Assembly (NCBI GenBank): GCA_038043285.1
Contig: JBBTCJ010000007.1
Coordinates: 21,488 to 85,487, forward strand
Direction: 5' to 3'
DNA length: 64,000 nucleotides
DNA from: Planctomycetota bacterium
GTDB lineage: Bacteria > Planctomycetota > Phycisphaerae > UBA1845
Both the position numbers and the translations under genes were made by a program. Shown piece by piece: positions 60,672-64,000 of this stretch (position 1 is its first letter; each line of letters starts with the position of its first letter). The notes under the pieces are model-generated. The model made no database searches, was not told the DNA's origin, and saw nothing but the letters and a program-made list of their open reading frames with translations.

Positions 60672-62456
60672 TCATCTCACCGTCGCCTTTTCCGCGGTCC
60701 GCAGTCCCTTCTCCAACTCCACGCTTCGTTTCATTCCGGCTTCGTAGTCGACGCGCGACGTTTTCTGCGTGACCACGAAGTTGCCGATCACCAGCGCGTC
60801 GATTCCGGTGTTGACGAACGTACGGTACGCATCCTGGGGCGTGCACACAATAGGCTCACCGCGAACGTTGAACGAGGTGTTCACCACGACGGGAACGCCG
60901 GTGAGGCGGTGGAAGGCGCGGATCAGGCGGTAGTAGCGCCCGTTGACCGCCTCGGTGACGGTCTGCACCCGACCCGTCCCGTCCTGGTGCGTGATCGCCG
61001 GAAGGATGGCCCGCTTGTCGGGCCGAACCTTCGGCACCAGCAGCATGAAGGGCATGTTCATCCCCACGGGAACCTCGAAGTATTCGTGAACGTGCTCGCG
61101 GAGGACCGCCGGGGCGAAGGGGCGGAAGGCCTCGCGGAACTTCACCTTGGCGTTGATGATGTCCTTCATCTTCGGGTTTCGCGGGTCGGCCAGCAGCGAC
61201 CGCGCTCCCAAGGCCCGAGGGCCGAACTCGAGCCGACCCTGAAACCATCCGACGACCACTCCCTCGGCGATCATCCTCGCGGTGCGTTCGAGCAACTCCG
61301 TTTCATCGTCCAGCAACTCATAGACGGCCTCCGCCCGGTCGAGAACGGTCTTGATCTCCGTGTCGCTGAACTGTGGTCCCCACAGCGCATGGTCCATGCG
61401 GAACTCGCGAGGTCTCTTCAGCACCGTGTTGTAGATGTAGAAGGCGGTCCCCAGCGCCCCGCCGGAGTCGCCGGCGGCGGGCTGAATGAAGATATTCGAG
61501 AAACCCGATTCCTGAAGAATTCGCCAGTTGGCCACGCAGTTCAGTCCCACGCCGCCCGCAAGGCAGACGTTGCTCATGCCCGTTTCACGACGCACGTGCC
61601 GGGCCATTTTGACCATGATTTCCTCCACAATCTTCTGGCCGCTGTGGGCGACGTCGCGGTGAAAGTCGCCCAGCTCCGTTTCGGGATCGCGCTGCGGCTG
61701 CCCGAACAGACGTTCCCAATCGCGGCTGATGGTCCGCTCGGTGGAGTAGGGGTGTGCGAAGTAACGCAGGTTGAGTCGGATGCTCCCGTCGTCCTTGACG
61801 TCGACGACCTCGCGGAACTTGTCGAGGTATTTCGGCTGGCCGTAGGGAGCGAGTCCCATCACCTTCCACTCGGCGTCGTTGACCTGGAAACCCAGGTAGG
61901 CGGTGATGGCGCTGAAGAGCAGGCCGACGGAGTGCGGGAAGCGAAGCTCCTGGCGCATGTCAATGTCCACGCCGCGTCCGACGCCCCAGGCGGTGGTGGT
62001 CCATTCACCGACGCCGTCGGCGGTGATGATCGCAGCCTCCTCGAATGGTGACACGAGGAAGGCACTAGCTGCGTGCGAAAGGTGGTGCTGGGTGTAGAGG
62101 ATTTCCTTGTCCGTGCCGAGTTTGTCCTGGATTTCTCGTCCGATGCGCAGTCGATGCCCCAGCCATAGGGGGATGGCCGTCAACCACGGGCGATAGGTGC
62201 GGGGCCAATAGTCGAGGATGGTTTCGAGGATGCGGTTGAACTTGACCAGCGGCTTCTCGTAGAAGCCGACGTGGTCCACCTCGGCGATGGTGATTCCGCC
62301 TTCGCGAAGACAGTAGTCGACGGCATGTTTGGGAAAGCCAAAGTCGTGTTTTTGGCGAGTGAATCGCTCTTCCTCGGCGGCGGCGATGAGCTTCCCGTCG
62401 CGGACCAGGGCCGCGCCGGCGTCGTGGTAGTAGCAGGATAGGCCGAGGACGATCAT
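60672..62456 (-). CDS. NodU/CmcH-family carbamoyltransferase
   Basis: The ATG at 62456 gives MIVLGLSCYYHDAGAALVRDGKLIAAAEEERFTRQKHD. It also has HHLSHAASAF and ..NTSFNVRGEPIV... 594 aa. Confidence 0.88.
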   Translation of the reverse strand: MIVLGLSCYYHDAGAALVRDGKLIAAAEEERFTRQKHDFGFPKHAVDYCLREGGITIAEVDHVGFYEKPLVKFNRILETILDYWPRTYRPWLTAIPLWLGHRLRIGREIQDKLGTDKEILYTQHHLSHAASAFLVSPFEEAAIITADGVGEWTTTAWGVGRGVDIDMRQELRFPHSVGLLFSAITAYLGFQVNDAEWKVMGLAPYGQPKYLDKFREVVDVKDDGSIRLNLRYFAHPYSTERTISRDWERLFGQPQRDPETELGDFHRDVAHSGQKIVEEIMVKMARHVRRETGMSNVCLAGGVGLNCVANWRILQESGFSNIFIQPAAGDSGGALGTAFYIYNTVLKRPREFRMDHALWGPQFSDTEIKTVLDRAEAVYELLDDETELLERTARMIAEGVVVGWFQGRLEFGPRALGARSLLADPRNPKMKDIINAKVKFREAFRPFAPAVLREHVHEYFEVPVGMNMPFMLLVPKVRPDKRAILPAITHQDGTGRVQTVTEAVNGRYYRLIRAFHRLTGVPVVVNTSFNVRGEPIVCTPQDAYRTFVNTGIDALVIGNFVVTQKTSRVDYEAGMKRSVELEKGLRTAEKATVR

Positions 62457-62673
62457 TGGATCAAGGAGTTGGTTTTTGGAGGACAATGAGCGCGGAATCG
62501 TGGAAGCGAAATGCCGAATTGTATGTGTTCCTCGGACCTCGACGTTCCATGTTCGTTGACAGATGGGCATCGCCGGGCACTGGCCCGCTCTCCCAAAGTC
62601 GCGGCCCTGACCCGGCGTGTTCCATGGTCCGACCGCACCGCGCGTTCGCCATTCCACATTTGGAATCCACTCA

Positions 62674-63132
62674 TCAGAACGGTCGCCGCATGCGCTCTAT
62701 CGTCGGCTCGTGGCGCTTGTAGGCTTCCCAGTACGACCCGTTGGTTTTCAGCTTTCGCCGCAGCGGATCGCCCATGCGGACGATCAGCGAAAAAATGGGC
62801 AGGATGAAAACGAACAGCATGGTCAGCAGGATCGTGGACATCACCACGCCGATTGGAACGGTCGCGCTCATCCACCCGACGTACACCAGTTTGGTCAGCC
62901 GCGGCGACGCCATCGAGAGGGTGAACAAAGCCGCGCCGATGATCCACAACCCAACGGCTGCGATCTGTGAACCGTCGTTGCGCCAGGTTGCAAGCGATCC
63001 GGTTGCGTCCGTCCGCCGCCAGGCCAGGAACCACAGGACGGCCCCGATGGCGCCGAAGCCGATCAGCATCGCCCGCCCGAACTTGCCGAGATCGGAAGGA
63101 GTTGGATTTCTGTTGACGACGAAGATACTCAC
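62674..63132 (-). CDS. SxtJ-like small membrane protein
   Basis: 152 aa. An N-terminal DLGKFGRAMLIGFGAIGAVLWFLAW is followed by two further TM helices. It pairs with a carbamoyltransferase, as recalled for SxtJ-family genes. Confidence 0.5.
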   Translation of the reverse strand: MSIFVVNRNPTPSDLGKFGRAMLIGFGAIGAVLWFLAWRRTDATGSLATWRNDGSQIAAVGLWIIGAALFTLSMASPRLTKLVYVGWMSATVPIGVVMSTILLTMLFVFILPIFSLIVRMGDPLRRKLKTNGSYWEAYKRHEPTIERMRRPF

Positions 63133-63139
63133 TGGATCT

Positions 63140-64000
63140 TCACTCCCCTAGCACTTCCTTCGGATCCAGCTTCCGTACGAGAAGAACAGGTTCACCCAGG
63201 ATACTGCCCGGACCGAGCGGATCCGTCGCGGAAGCCCACCTTCGCCAATCCCCTTCGAGCCGCAGCATCTTCGCGCACTTCTGGGCTGTTGAGGGCAAGA
63301 ACGGAGCGATCAGGGTGGTCAGTGTCCGGGCCGTTTGCAGGCAGACGTTGATCGCCCGCCCGCAGGCAGCGAGGTCGTCCTTGCGCGTCGAGAACGGTCT
63401 GGTGGTGTCGAAATACACGTTGCCCGCACGGGCCAGGGCCATCACTTCGGCGAGTCCCGCTTTGAAATGACACGTTTCCAGTTCCGCCCCGCAGCGCTGG
63501 ACGGCTTCCGCGCAGCGTTTCAACTGCGCCGCGTCGACGTCCATCCTCGTGCCACCTTGCGGCACTTGTCCGTCGAAATACTTGTGGGCAAAGGTGATCG
63601 TGCGATTGAAGAAGTTGCCGAAGGCGTTGAGCAGTTCGCCGTTGTTGCGGTTGATGAAGTCCTCAAGATCAAACGCGGTCCTCGCGCCTTCGGGAGCGAC
63701 CGCGGTCAGGTAATAGCGCAGTGGATCGGGATCGAACGATTGGAGATAGTCCTCGATCCAGACGGCTGTCCCGCGGCTCTTGCTGATTTTCTCCTCCTCC
63801 TTGCCCGGAAACTTGATGTTGAGGAAGGAGTTGGAGACCACGTTGTGCGGAAGCTGGTATTCGCCCCAGGCGCCCTGCAGGTCGTCGCGGTCATGCGTCG
63901 CCAGCAGCATGGCGGGCCAGGTGATGGCGTGGAAGACGATGTTGTCCTCGCCGATGAAGTGGACGACCTTGCAGTCCGGGTCTTTCCACCAATGGGCGTA
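63140..64000 (-). CDS. metG: Methionyl-tRNA synthetase, C-terminal two-thirds; the gene continues beyond the right edge
   Basis: Contains the KMSKS-type motif KISKSRG and the anticodon-binding region. My own translation upstream of 63910 continues in frame: ..YAHWWKDPDCKVVHFIGEDNIVFHAITWPAMLLA.. Confidence 0.88.
   Translation of the reverse strand, partial: YAHWWKDPDCKVVHFIGEDNIVFHAITWPAMLLATHDRDDLQGAWGEYQLPHNVVSNSFLNIKFPGKEEEKISKSRGTAVWIEDYLQSFDPDPLRYYLTAVAPEGARTAFDLEDFINRNNGELLNAFGNFFNRTITFAHKYFDGQVPQGGTRMDVDAAQLKRCAEAVQRCGAELETCHFKAGLAEVMALARAGNVYFDTTRPFSTRKDDLAACGRAINVCLQTARTLTTLIAPFLPSTAQKCAKMLRLEGDWRRWASATDPLGPGSILGEPVLLVRKLDPKEVLGE

Overview
This is a GC-rich (roughly 65% by eye) bacterial chromosomal segment with about 55 supportable genes. 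Many long antisense ORFs in the six-frame track are GC artefacts. The gene content suggests Planctomycetota, but that is inference only: fused long cytochrome b, a sigma-70 with a long N-terminal extension, DxDxDG loops, an exosortase, and DUF1569/DUF4097/DUF2723-type proteins. Housekeeping genes are rlmI (partial), an MsbA-like ABC exporter, mreB, folC, aroB, ispH, tRNA-Leu(CAG), an aspartate aminotransferase, prpB/prpC, a sigma factor and metG (partial). The main feature is a roughly 17 kb, 12-gene minus-strand operon (16.5-33.4 kb). Its order is Rrf2 regulator, GltD-like NAD(P)H FeS-flavoprotein, Rieske protein, long cytochrome b, 10-heme cytochrome c, TAT-exported NapA-like molybdoenzyme, two NapG-like ferredoxins, two NapH-like membrane polyferredoxins (one with a triple YHS domain, one with a C-terminal His-His domain), a NapF-like ferredoxin and a hemerythrin-like protein. 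No napB, napC or napD was found in the window. This looks like a Rieske/cyt b complex wired directly to a periplasmic nitrate-reductase-type enzyme, and it is the best candidate for an undescribed system. Other content: a glycan/EPS region (GT4 fusion + GH130, exosortase-family protein, wecA-like, deacetylase, epimerase, ugd, wecB, carbamoyltransferase with DUF5989 and SxtJ-like partners). There is also a patch of IS and histidine-kinase gene fragments, two dispersed intergenic repeat families (one with a 37-nt tandem array), a 142-nt inverted-repeat-bounded element after mreB, and a FecCD permease carrying a canonical EF-hand loop. All calls rest on my reading of the translations and motifs; no database search was possible.
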